Source of the DNA: a virus
Length of the DNA stretch: 64,000 nt
Reading direction: 5' to 3' (one strand)
IMG/VR virus record: IMGVR_UViG_3300043177_000122
Location: 40,464-104,463 of that record
Below, piece by piece: positions 44,702 to 53,067 of the stretch; position 1 is the first letter of the stretch; each line of letters opens with the position of its first letter. Both the position numbers and the translations under genes were made by a program. The notes below the pieces were generated by a model. That model ran no database searches. It was given only the letters and a program-made list of their open reading frames with translations, and was not told the origin of the DNA.

Positions 44702-45507
44702 ATGCAGCGCAATATAATTCTGTATCGAGGCATTGACTTCGAAAAGGAAGAGTTGAGCGAAGCACACCAATTCTTTGAATGTACTAGACGCCGCCCAGAT
44801 ATTCGAAAGGACGATCTAGTTATTGGCAGGTATTCGCTTTTACCTTTCTATTTGGAACGGGCCAAAGACATTCAGTATGTAGGTGCAAAGCTGATTAACG
44901 ATTATCAGCAGCATCGCTACATTGCTGACCTACAGAACTATGTTGTTGATCTTTAAGAGTTGACTCCACGTATTTGGACGAGTCCTGCTGACTTGCCAGA
45001 TAAAGGTCAATTCGTCCTAAAAAAGGCGAGACTAATTCTCGTAAGTCTAATTGGAAGCGAGATATGTTTGCGCCCGACAAAAAAGCTGCAATTGAGGTCT
45101 ATTCTAGATTAATGGACGATAGTTTAATCTGACAGCAGAATATTTACATCCGCCGGTATGAACCTATGGTAACATACCTAGAAGGAGTTAATGGTATTCC
45201 GATTACCAAGGAGTTTAGATTTTTTATTTCCTATGGACAAATTCTGAGTAGTGGTTACTATTGGGCTAACTATATTGATCAGTTGCCTGAAGTCCCATCT
45301 CCTGATGAAGTTCCTCGTGAATTTTTGCAAGAAGTTATTGAGCGTGTTGGTAATCAATCTAACTTCTATACCATTGATGTAGGGCAATCAGTTTCTGGTA
45401 AATGGTTTGTAGTAGAATTGAATGATGGGCAACAAGCTGGGCTTTCATGCAATGATCCATTTACGCTATATAAGAATCTAGATAAAGCTATCAGAAATAA
45501 AAATTAA
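44702..45507 (+). pseudogene. ATP-grasp (R2K-like) protein with three lesions
   Basis: TAA 44954, frameshift at A6 45019-45024, TGA 45130; motifs EFRFF, FYTIDV, VELNDGQ..GL. Confidence 0.8.
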
Positions 45508-46109
45508 GTCTTAGTTTTATCATCAGGGCCGAGTTTATTTTCTGGCCCTAGAAAGCTTCTTCTAGCCGCTGGTGGTGGTTCAGTTGGAGTTTCTGAGCCG
45601 GCACTTCCTGGTGGAACAATAAGAGGATGTTGAATCATATAATCTTTTAGTTCAGTTGCTAACTGTTTCAAAGCATCAATACTACGAATCTGTGGATGCT
45701 GTAGTTGAGTACTGGTAACAAAATCTTCGTTAGTAATTTTTAAATGGTGTTTAGCTAGAAAGTCTAAATTATCCAATATAATTTTAGTAGACCTATCAAA
45801 AACATACTGAACCAGCTTTTCAGCGGCCCTATAAGGTTTATCCTCTTGTATACTCTTGTTAATAGTAATTAGTTCTTGGTAAGTTTTTGCAAATAACGCG
45901 AACATTTTGTGGTCAAACTTACGCTCTTTGAGCATATAAAGATTCCCGCCCATTTCATTAATAATAATGCGTAGTTGTCTAGTGAAATGGTCATAAAACT
46001 TAGAAAGTCTATTGCGCTGTTCTTGATACTGCTTATTGTTTGGAGAAGTGCCTTTATCAGCTAGAGTGACGAAATTTTCAGCCATTTCTAAGATTTTTTG
46101 GATAGACAT
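45504..46109 (-). CDS. hypothetical protein with shared N-terminal helix motif
   Basis: MSIQKILEMAENF...; Pro-rich tail. Confidence 0.75.
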   Translation of the reverse strand: MSIQKILEMAENFVTLADKGTSPNNKQYQEQRNRLSKFYDHFTRQLRIIINEMGGNLYMLKERKFDHKMFALFAKTYQELITINKSIQEDKPYRAAEKLVQYVFDRSTKIILDNLDFLAKHHLKITNEDFVTSTQLQHPQIRSIDALKQLATELKDYMIQHPLIVPPGSAGSETPTEPPPAARRSFLGPENKLGPDDKTKT

Positions 46110-46128
46110 TTAGTTACCTAATAGTTAT

Positions 46129-46746
46129 ATGAAATTATTCAATACTATTCAAGAGCTGTGGGATTATTGCAGGTATTGTCCCATTTGTACAAGAAATTGT
46201 CGCGAGGTAATGGTTTCTGTAGGGCCAGACTTTTCTTTCATTCTAATTTCTCATTCTAAAAAAGATACAAATTTAGTTTTACAATGTATGTATAAAAGAA
46301 AGGGTGACATCTATAACGTTGACTATCAAATTAACTGTATAGATAATACCTTTCATATTACAGAGCCTAAAGTGGTTCAATTGGCAACTGAACTTGCCAA
46401 GCCAGAAAAAGTTAAAGAAGCCTATTTCTATTTCTTTATTGAGGGTTTGTGTAATGAGTGTAATAGCTCGTCCACAAATAGTCAAGATTTAGAATTTGAT
46501 TTGGAGGGCGGAACGATTTCTAATATGGGTCTAGAGCGTGAGAATTTTTATCTCTTTGAGACAGAAGAAAAATTCCATATCACTTCCATTCACGACCGCA
46601 ATATAATGCTGGTCAGCCGCCTCTATCAAAACGGGGAAATTAGCTTCTCTGAGAGCAAGACGATAGAATTACCTATAGTTAAACTTGATCTTTCTGATCA
46701 AGCAAAAACTGTTAACAAGCTTAAAACTTTAATTCTGTTTAGTTGA
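46129..46746 (+). CDS. hypothetical protein (C-terminal KLKTLILFS tag)
   Basis: 205-aa ORF with CxxC pairs. Confidence 0.75.
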   Translation: MKLFNTIQELWDYCRYCPICTRNCREVMVSVGPDFSFILISHSKKDTNLVLQCMYKRKGDIYNVDYQINCIDNTFHITEPKVVQLATELAKPEKVKEAYFYFFIEGLCNECNSSSTNSQDLEFDLEGGTISNMGLERENFYLFETEEKFHITSIHDRNIMLVSRLYQNGEISFSESKTIELPIVKLDLSDQAKTVNKLKTLILFS

Positions 46747-46755
46747 AAGGAAATC

Positions 46756-46959
46756 ATGTCTACTTTCAGTGATGCAAATCAGGTGCGCCTTTTGTTAAAA
46801 ATGAAACTATCTGTGTACGCATGGTATAGCTCCAGTACAGTCGTTTCTATAGACGATGGTTTTGGTGTTGTTATTGGCGTTAAGCAGATGGATAATTCTA
46901 TTCGGAAACTAATCCCTCCGGTTGTCAATGACATTTCTGTGAAGGCAGAAGTAGAATGA
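46756..46959 (+). CDS. hypothetical protein
   Basis: 67-aa ORF with AAGGA RBS. Confidence 0.65.
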   Translation: MSTFSDANQVRLLLKMKLSVYAWYSSSTVVSIDDGFGVVIGVKQMDNSIRKLIPPVVNDISVKAEVE

Positions 46960-46999
46960 AAATCAAACGTATTTCAGATCAATTTGTTAGGAATTTAAG

Positions 47000-47671
47000 A
47001 TGCGACTTTGCCATATTAGCGATACTCACGGCAAATTTCCTTGTCTCTATGGGCGATATGATGCCGTTATCCATACGGGAGATCTATTCCCAAACAGCAA
47101 TGCTGTAATGGTCGGTGATCGTAATGCAGAAATGTCGTACCAACTCAAATGGCTGCGTAATAGTATGGAAGAAATAAAGTCCTGGCTGCAAGACCATCCA
47201 TTTTTGTATGTTCCTGGTAACCATGACTTTTTACCCTCCAGTCTAATGGAATTTGAAATGCGTAGCGCTGGACTAGAAGCTTTTGATTTAACAGACAAAA
47301 CGCTTATGTTCAAAGGTGTAAATTTCTATGGTTTTCCATACGTACCATATATTTCTGGTATGTGGAATTACGAGCGCCATTTTCCCGAAATGCAAAAAGA
47401 AGTTGACAAAATGGTAACAGTAATCAATAAGGAATTTGTTGATGTTATTGCTTGTCATGCTCCGCCCTATAAACAGCTTGACCTAACCATGGGTAATAAG
47501 GTTGTAGGTTGCCAGACAATGGCTACGGCGCTAGACTATAAGATCAGCAAAGATATGATGCCTTCATATTTCTTGTGTGGTCATATCCATGAAGCTAATG
47601 GAATGTCTGTTCGCAATGGAATGATGATTAGCAATGCGGCGACCACGCGACATATTATAGAAATAATATAG
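47000..47671 (+). CDS. calcineurin-like metallophosphoesterase
   Basis: SDTHG, HTGD, PGNHD, HAPP, GHIHE. Confidence 0.9.
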   Translation: MRLCHISDTHGKFPCLYGRYDAVIHTGDLFPNSNAVMVGDRNAEMSYQLKWLRNSMEEIKSWLQDHPFLYVPGNHDFLPSSLMEFEMRSAGLEAFDLTDKTLMFKGVNFYGFPYVPYISGMWNYERHFPEMQKEVDKMVTVINKEFVDVIACHAPPYKQLDLTMGNKVVGCQTMATALDYKISKDMMPSYFLCGHIHEANGMSVRNGMMISNAATTRHIIEII

Positions 47672-47829
47672 TAATAAAAGGTTGAATGTACAGTTTACGC
47701 TATGAATGCCAAGGAAGCTCGCAAAAAACTTACCTCTTCTAAACCCTGGAATAAGACAAATACAGAAGATGAAATTTCAAGAATTGAACTTGATAATTGG
47801 AAAATCCTTGTTTCTCCTAAGGAGATATC

Positions 47830-48456
47830 ATGAAGGTCAAACCTAAAGAAGTAATGGTGAATCTCCCGGTGGCTCTTCTATTTGATGAGCCCTGGGAGAT
47901 CATCTCCTTTGCCGCTAATATCAACACAATTCTACACGGCAAAGTCAAATTGAAAGTTGAAGAGCTGGGTACACTTGGTGGAAGGCATGTTGGTATTTTC
48001 TACCTTGATCGTAATGGTGAGTATCATCAGATTCGTGATGAATTCGTTCGTTTGATTGAGCAAGAAGAGATTGTGAATCATTCACCTCCAGCTTTAAGTG
48101 AAGAGGATCGGATTGCTGAACAATATGATGAGAATTTTGGTGACAATAAGCTTTGTTTATGTGGTCACCCTTATTATCGTCATTTTGACACTTATGATCA
48201 TATGTCAGCTATAGGTTGTAAGTATTGTTACAAATATACTGACAGGCACGTCCTTGATAAAGAGTGCCCATACTTTAAAGAGCAGAAAGATTCTACGGCA
48301 GATAAACATCCAAGAGAAGAAGACAAATATGCTCATGGTCTGTGCCCAGATTGTGATGAGTATTCTATGCTCCATCAAAAAGGAGAAGACCATTGCCGAT
48401 GCGGTAGCGAAATAAATAATGGCGTTTGTGAGGTTTTAAGGAAGCAATATGCGTAA
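47830..48456 (+). CDS. hypothetical protein with Cys-rich C-terminus
   Basis: 208-aa ORF with AAGGAG RBS. Confidence 0.7.
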   Translation: MKVKPKEVMVNLPVALLFDEPWEIISFAANINTILHGKVKLKVEELGTLGGRHVGIFYLDRNGEYHQIRDEFVRLIEQEEIVNHSPPALSEEDRIAEQYDENFGDNKLCLCGHPYYRHFDTYDHMSAIGCKYCYKYTDRHVLDKECPYFKEQKDSTADKHPREEDKYAHGLCPDCDEYSMLHQKGEDHCRCGSEINNGVCEVLRKQYA

Positions 48457-48944
48457 ACATCAAGTTACTTTTTATAGTCCTGGAACTTTTGTATCTGAAG
48501 CGACCACTCGCGATATCGATAGCTGGGATACCACACCCAACTTATCTTCATGTCTGCCGTCAAATTGACCAAACCCTTAAAGACCTAAAGCCATAGAAAG
48601 TAATCTCGGGCATGGCTTTAGGAGTGGACCAATGGGCAGCTAACATTGCATATAAGCTGGGCATCCCTTTTATTGCCGCTGTGCCTTTTGAGGGCCAGGA
48701 GAAGGCGTGGCCCGAGCAATCCCAGAAAGTATTTAATATATTGATTGGAAAGGTCGCAGAGGTGGTTATCGTCAGCCCCGGAGGTTACACTGCTTACAAG
48801 ATGCAAGTTCGTAACGAGTGGATGGTTGACAGGGCGGATAAGGTCATTGCTATTTGGGATGGAACGCCCGGTGGAACTGGCAATTGTGTAAATTACGCCA
48901 AGTCTAAAAATAAGGAAATTATTTTTATTAACCCGCGCGGTTGA
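48449..48944 (+). pseudogene. deletion-fused remnant: unrelated N-terminus plus a YspA/SLOG-family gene with an in-frame TAG
   Basis: MRKHQVTFYSPG... joined out of frame to ...LKP*KVISGMALGVDQWAA...RNEWMVD...WDG..GGT. Confidence 0.75.
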
Positions 48945-48968
48945 CCCGACGAAAAACTGTGTTACATT
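48941..48968 (+). promoter_or_regulatory. sigma70-like promoter
   Basis: TTGACC-16nt-TACATT upstream of tRNA-Leu. Confidence 0.55.
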
Positions 48969-49006
48969 GGGCAACTCTAGCAATAAAGATATATAGTAAC
49001 ACTATT

Positions 49007-49092
49007 GCCGAAGTGGTGGAATGGCAGACACAGAAGTCTCAAAAACTTCCGGGCGCAAGCCCATGTGGGTTCGACTCCCACCGTTGGCACCA
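49007..49092 (+). tRNA. tRNA-Leu(CAA)
   Basis: gaagt-ctCAAaa-acttc; long variable arm; A73-CCA. Confidence 0.93.
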
Positions 49093-49122
49093 ATTCATTT
49101 CTAATTTTGATTAAATAATATC

Positions 49123-49584
49123 ATGAATCTAAAGAATTTGTTGACCTTGACAATTCGCACCATGGATTTTAACTTGGTTGCGCAACAGCCAGAGCTTTTA
49201 GCAAAATTACGGAAACTTACACTAGATCCCTCTTCTGGAATGAATCATGAGTTGGATCGAATGTTAGAAGATGTAAAAACCCGTTCTGTTAATTGTACAG
49301 TTATTTTGGCTTATCGATTTAGTACATTAGTAGGTTGGAGCATTCTTTCTAAGGAAAATACCACCTACCATTTCTCGCGTGCTCCTGATGGATTTAATGC
49401 CGAACATGGTGTTATGTTTCAAGTCTTCGTAGACCCAGAGTACCGGCGCCAAGGTATTGCAACGGAACTTTATAAAAAGGCTCAGGCACTAGCAAAAACG
49501 GAATTGATCTATGTTTGCCCATGGGATACAAGAAGTCGTTTTTTCTATGAAAAATTCCCTGATGTCAAAACTAAATGGATGTAA
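49123..49584 (+). CDS. GNAT acetyltransferase
   Basis: VFVDPEYRRQGIAT, FYEK. Confidence 0.85.
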   Translation: MNLKNLLTLTIRTMDFNLVAQQPELLAKLRKLTLDPSSGMNHELDRMLEDVKTRSVNCTVILAYRFSTLVGWSILSKENTTYHFSRAPDGFNAEHGVMFQVFVDPEYRRQGIATELYKKAQALAKTELIYVCPWDTRSRFFYEKFPDVKTKWM

Positions 49585-49619
49585 TATCTAGTAATAATAG
49601 GTTATATACAGTACACGAT

Positions 49620-49703
49620 GCGGATATGGTGGAACGGCAGACACAGCAGTCTTAGAAGCTGCCGCCGAAAGGCGTGAGAGTTCAAGTCTCTCTATCCGCA
49701 CCA
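49620..49703 (+). tRNA. tRNA-Leu(TAG)
   Basis: gcagt-ctTAGaa-gctgc; long variable arm. Confidence 0.95.
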
Positions 49704-49732
49704 AAGTAAGATGAAGTATTCGAAAGTATTAC

Positions 49733-49819
49733 GTTCATGTGGTGGAATGGCAGACACACCAGTCTCAGAAGCTGGCGTCCGTAAGGACATTGAGGGTTCG
49801 ACTCCCTCCAGGAACACCA
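49733..49819 (+). tRNA. tRNA-Leu(CAG)
   Basis: ccagt-ctCAGaa-gctgg; one acceptor mismatch. Confidence 0.9.
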
Positions 49820-49822
49820 AAT

Positions 49823-49908
49823 GCGGTTGTGTCGTAATGGCAGCCGAGCTAGAATGAGAGTCTAGTGCCCGAAAGGGCGTGTGGGTTCGAGTCCCACCAA
49901 CCGCACCA
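49823..49908 (+). tRNA. tRNA-Leu(GAG)
   Basis: ctaga-atGAGag-tctag; long variable arm. Confidence 0.92.
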
Positions 49909-49977
49909 GTGATTAAATATTCTAAAGAGTTATTAGAAACTGCATCTCAAGCAGATGCTACTTAATCGTGAGAAGAT

Positions 49978-50373
49978 TTAAGAATATTTCTTAAGTAGTG
50001 AGTCAGTAACTTCAACACAAGCCTTCTTGGATTTCTTTTCAGATTTTCCAATACTTGGATACTTAGAATGAACTTTACGGCTGACTAAGTCCTGCAAACC
50101 TTTGAGACTTCCTGAGTACCAGGGTGGAGCAGAACTATACTGATGGACGCGGGCCAAAGCATTACGTGCTTGATCTTCGTCATTAATTGGGAAATGGTCC
50201 TTCTTATCCTTAGCAGACTCAGCGGGCACACAAACGGTGCCTCTATTACGCACCTTAGCTTTAGGATCAAGTTTCTTCTTGTCCTTCTTCTTAGCTTCAG
50301 TCATTAAAGAATTGATAGCTGTTTTTTCAAAAGCAATTGCTTGCTCTAAAACCTGTTCGACGTTATTTATCAT
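49978..50373 (-). CDS. basic hypothetical protein with shared N-terminal helix motif
   Basis: VEQVLEQAIAFEKTA; FPIND..QARNALAR segment. Confidence 0.75.
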   Translation of the reverse strand: MINNVEQVLEQAIAFEKTAINSLMTEAKKKDKKKLDPKAKVRNRGTVCVPAESAKDKKDHFPINDEDQARNALARVHQYSSAPPWYSGSLKGLQDLVSRKVHSKYPSIGKSEKKSKKACVEVTDSLLKKYS

Positions 50374-51151
50374 TGTGCTTCCCCTTCTTTTCTTGGCGGC
50401 GTTTGGTTCTAGAAGGAGATTTGAGTTTTAACTCTTTCTTCCATTCTGGATATGAACGCCCAAACACAGCTCTATCTTCTCCTTGATCGCGAATAATAAC
50501 ATATCCACCATCTGTCATGCTAAATGGCTTGGAAAGTTTACCTAACCAATCAAATTTAGCACCAGCAGGAGGGGCAGGATCAAACCAAGCAGGAAGGACA
50601 AAATTAGAAACTGTGACTGTAGCTCCATCAACCTCTACATCATAGTAATCGCTCTCAACAGGGTCTGCCACTTCTAAAGCGTAACTTAATCCTTCTTTCC
50701 AATTATCTGCCCAATAGTTAGCCTGTGGGTCCATCATAATTTCTAATACCTCATGTGACAATACGGTAGAAATAGGAAGATTGTGCTTTTGGGTAACTTT
50801 CACAAAGACGCGGCCATATGGTAATCCATCAGGCCCATCAGAATGATAGCCAAGAGCACCCGCAATATCAGCATCATCGAACACTAAAACTTTGAACGCG
50901 CCAAGCTCAGTAACAGCTTCGGAGTCTCTATAAACAACTTTAGGTGGTTTTAAATCCCAAGTTGGTGCAGCGTGCTCACGAGCCTGTTTCGCAACACCTA
51001 AAGTCATGAGTTTTACATCTTCATTTGAAATAATTGAAGATTTATTGATGACTGCAATAAGCATATTTCCATCTTCACCAAGATTTACAGGTGGTGAAGT
51101 AACGGTATTATTTGAGCCAGTAAGCCAATTCCAAAACTTTTTAAAGCACAT
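50363..51151 (-). CDS. putative zincin-like metallopeptidase
   Basis: ALGYH, SHEVLE, EVADPV. Confidence 0.65.
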   Translation of the reverse strand: MCFKKFWNWLTGSNNTVTSPPVNLGEDGNMLIAVINKSSIISNEDVKLMTLGVAKQAREHAAPTWDLKPPKVVYRDSEAVTELGAFKVLVFDDADIAGALGYHSDGPDGLPYGRVFVKVTQKHNLPISTVLSHEVLEIMMDPQANYWADNWKEGLSYALEVADPVESDYYDVEVDGATVTVSNFVLPAWFDPAPPAGAKFDWLGKLSKPFSMTDGGYVIIRDQGEDRAVFGRSYPEWKKELKLKSPSRTKRRQEKKGKHNDK

Positions 51152-51182
51152 AGTTTAATCCAATTTTTTTATTTGGTAGGTG

Positions 51183-51210
51183 TTGACGAAATAAAGGGGA
51201 GGGTTATATT
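51183..51210 (+). promoter_or_regulatory. sigma70-like promoter
   Basis: TTGACG-16nt-TATATT upstream of the His/Glu/Arg tRNA cluster. Confidence 0.6.
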
Positions 51211-51249
51211 ACTTACTACTAATAATTAGGCAATAATATTGCTACGTAT

Positions 51250-51326
51250 GGTGGGCGTTTACATCTGGTGATGTTGCGAGATTGTGACCCTCGCTAGGCT
51301 CGGTTCGAATCCGGCCGTTCACCCCA
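51250..51326 (+). tRNA. tRNA-His(GTG) with encoded G-1
   Basis: ttGTGac loop; G-1/C73; A-C mismatch at 31-39. Confidence 0.82.
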
Positions 51327-51336
51327 ACACTTTTAT

Positions 51337-51413
51337 GGTGATCGTATCCGAGTGGTTTCAGGAGACTGGCTGTGACCCAGTTCACGCGGGTTCAATTCCC
51401 GTCGATCACCCCA
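51337..51413 (+). tRNA. tRNA-His(GTG), second copy with encoded G-1
   Basis: actgg-ctGTGac-ccagt; G-1/C73. Confidence 0.93.
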
Positions 51414-51417
51414 AGAT

Positions 51418-51493
51418 GGTCCCATCATCTAAAGGTTCAGGATGAGAGATTTTCACTCTCTTCATAGGGGTTCGAATCCCCTTGGGATCACCA
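51418..51493 (+). tRNA. tRNA-Glu(TTC)
   Basis: agaga-ttTTCac-tctct. Confidence 0.93.
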
Positions 51494-51494
51494 A

Positions 51495-51917
51495 ATGAAA
51501 ATTTGCAGTAAATGCAAAATTGATAAAGAATTAGAAGAGTTTAATAGAAATTCGACTAAACAAGATGGATCACAGACAATCTGCCGAGATTGTAGTAATA
51601 AAAAATCAGCACAGCATTACGCTGTAAATAAACAAGATTATAGAGATAGTAAAAGAAAATCTGTCCAAACATTACGTGAATATGTTCTTAGTTATTTATT
51701 AGAACATCCTTGTATTGATTGCTCAGAATATGATCCAGTATGTTTAGATTTTGATCATGTATCTGGTGATAAAGTTAGAAATATTGCAGATATGATTCAT
51801 GCAGGAGTATCATTAGATAATATCAAACTAGAAATTGAAAAATGTGTAGTTTGTTGTGCTAATTGCCATCGAAAGAAGACTGCGAAAGATTTTGATTGGT
51901 TTAAGAATCGAAAATGA
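51495..51917 (+). mobile_element. HNH-type homing endonuclease between two tRNA-Glu genes
   Basis: CSKC...CRDC; C.DC, LDFDH, EIEKC...CANCH. Confidence 0.85.
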
Positions 51918-52096
51918 AAGTTCTAATTGCTTGTTTATTTCTATCGGGTTGTTTTCTCACAAATCATCCACAATACTGCCACACTGATGGCGATTGTTTA
52001 AACGGCCAATGGTGTCCAACAATTAGGGCGCCATCTCAACCACCTGATATTTGTAAGGGAAAAGCAATTATTAATCACAATATTTTAGCTGACTAA
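51914..52096 (+). CDS. small Cys-rich putative lipoprotein
   Basis: Lipobox LSGC. Confidence 0.6.
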   Translation: MKVLIACLFLSGCFLTNHPQYCHTDGDCLNGQWCPTIRAPSQPPDICKGKAIINHNILAD

Positions 52097-52125
52097 CTGT
52101 CAATAAAGTGATATAAAATACGTAC

Positions 52126-52201
52126 GGCCCATTCGTCTAATGGTTTAGGACGGCAGCCTCTCACGTTGCTAATACGGGTTCGAACCCCGTATGGGTCGCC
52201 A
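52126..52201 (+). tRNA. tRNA-Glu(CTC)
   Basis: gcagc-ctCTCac-gttgc. Confidence 0.93.
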
Positions 52202-52207
52202 GCATAC

Positions 52208-52282
52208 GCCTCTGTAGTCTAAGGGATAGGCACTCGCCTTCTAAGCGATTTAATGTAGGTTCGAATCCTACCAGAGGTGCCA
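52208..52282 (+). tRNA. tRNA-Arg(TCT)
   Basis: ctTCTaa loop; A20; G73-CCA. Confidence 0.9.
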
Positions 52283-52295
52283 AGTAAGTGTTTAT

Positions 52296-52371
52296 GCGTC
52301 TGTAATTCAATGGATAGAAATTTTGCCTTCTAAGCAAAAAGTTTGGGGTTCGAGTCCCTCCAGACGTGCCA
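52296..52371 (+). tRNA. tRNA-Arg(TCT), second copy
   Basis: tttgc-ctTCTaa-gcaaa. Confidence 0.88.
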
Positions 52372-52375
52372 AAAT

Positions 52376-52459
52376 GTTACTGTAACCTAATGGAGAGGTA
52401 TCGGTCTACGAAACCGAAGCGCAAGCTAAATGCAGGTTCGAATCCTGCCAGTGACGCCA
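52376..52459 (+). tRNA. tRNA-Arg(ACG) with an extended variable arm
   Basis: tcggt-ctACGaa-accga, then agc-gcaa-gct hairpin before the T-arm. Confidence 0.88.
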
Positions 52460-52462
52460 AAT

Positions 52463-52538
52463 GGGTCTGTAGCTCAATGGATAGAGCACTCCGCTACGAA
52501 CGGAACGGTTGAAGGTTCAACTCCTTTCAGACCCGCCA
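52463..52538 (+). tRNA. tRNA-Arg(ACG), second copy
   Basis: ctACGaa loop; A20. Confidence 0.9.
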
Positions 52539-52543
52539 ATTAT

Positions 52544-52619
52544 GTCTCCATAACTCAATGGATAGAGTACTTCGCTTCGAACGAAGAAGTTGTAGGTTCA
52601 AGTCCTACTGGAGATGCCA
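52544..52619 (+). tRNA. tRNA-Arg(TCG)
   Basis: cttcg-ctTCGaa-cgaag. Confidence 0.92.
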
Positions 52620-52622
52620 TAA

Positions 52623-52648
52623 CACCGAAAGGTGCTATTTTTGTTTTT
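52623..52648 (+). terminator. weak terminator after the tRNA cluster
   Basis: cacc-gaaa-ggtg followed by a T-rich tract. Confidence 0.45.
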
Positions 52649-52658
52649 GGAGTATGCA

Positions 52659-53063
52659 ATGGAACTACACGATATTTGCTCTGGCTGCAGCCGACACCTA
52701 AGTGTCTGTATGTGTTGTGTGTCTATTGGCCCAGAAGGGGCAACTCGTTCCAAACCTAATCCAACAAACCTAGCCGGCAAACTAAAAATTATTACCAATA
52801 ATTCAAAAATGGAACATATTAAAGTTCAAACCCAACGCCTAGCTGATCAGCTTGTCTGGCGGGCCACCCAAGCCGCCAAACAAGGAAACTTTTCAATTAG
52901 TTTATGGTTAAGTGATTTAGGTATCACAAAAGAAGCTGCTGAATTGGTAGCAAAAGAGTTGGAGCAAGATGGCTTCAAATGTACCATCAGCAACGAAATC
53001 ACAGCGCATTATTCTAATACGGATTATGACACTGATGATCTTTTGTTAATAAGTTGGGAATAA
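52659..53063 (+). CDS. hypothetical protein
   Basis: GGAG RBS; Cys-rich N-terminus. Confidence 0.6.
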   Translation: MELHDICSGCSRHLSVCMCCVSIGPEGATRSKPNPTNLAGKLKIITNNSKMEHIKVQTQRLADQLVWRATQAAKQGNFSISLWLSDLGITKEAAELVAKELEQDGFKCTISNEITAHYSNTDYDTDDLLLISWE

Positions 53064-53067
53064 TAAA

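Noticed and set aside
731..48596. Stop-codon reassignment (TAG or TGA recoding) suggested by in-frame stops
   Set aside because: All three stop types occur and the implied residues conflict (TGA for Trp, Gly and Arg). Long conserved genes have no internal stops, TAG and TGA end many genes normally, and no suppressor tRNA was found in the window.
52430..52798. ORF-track entries 52430..52759(+) and 52598..52798(-)
   Set aside because: They overlap Arg tRNA genes and have no recognisable protein features.
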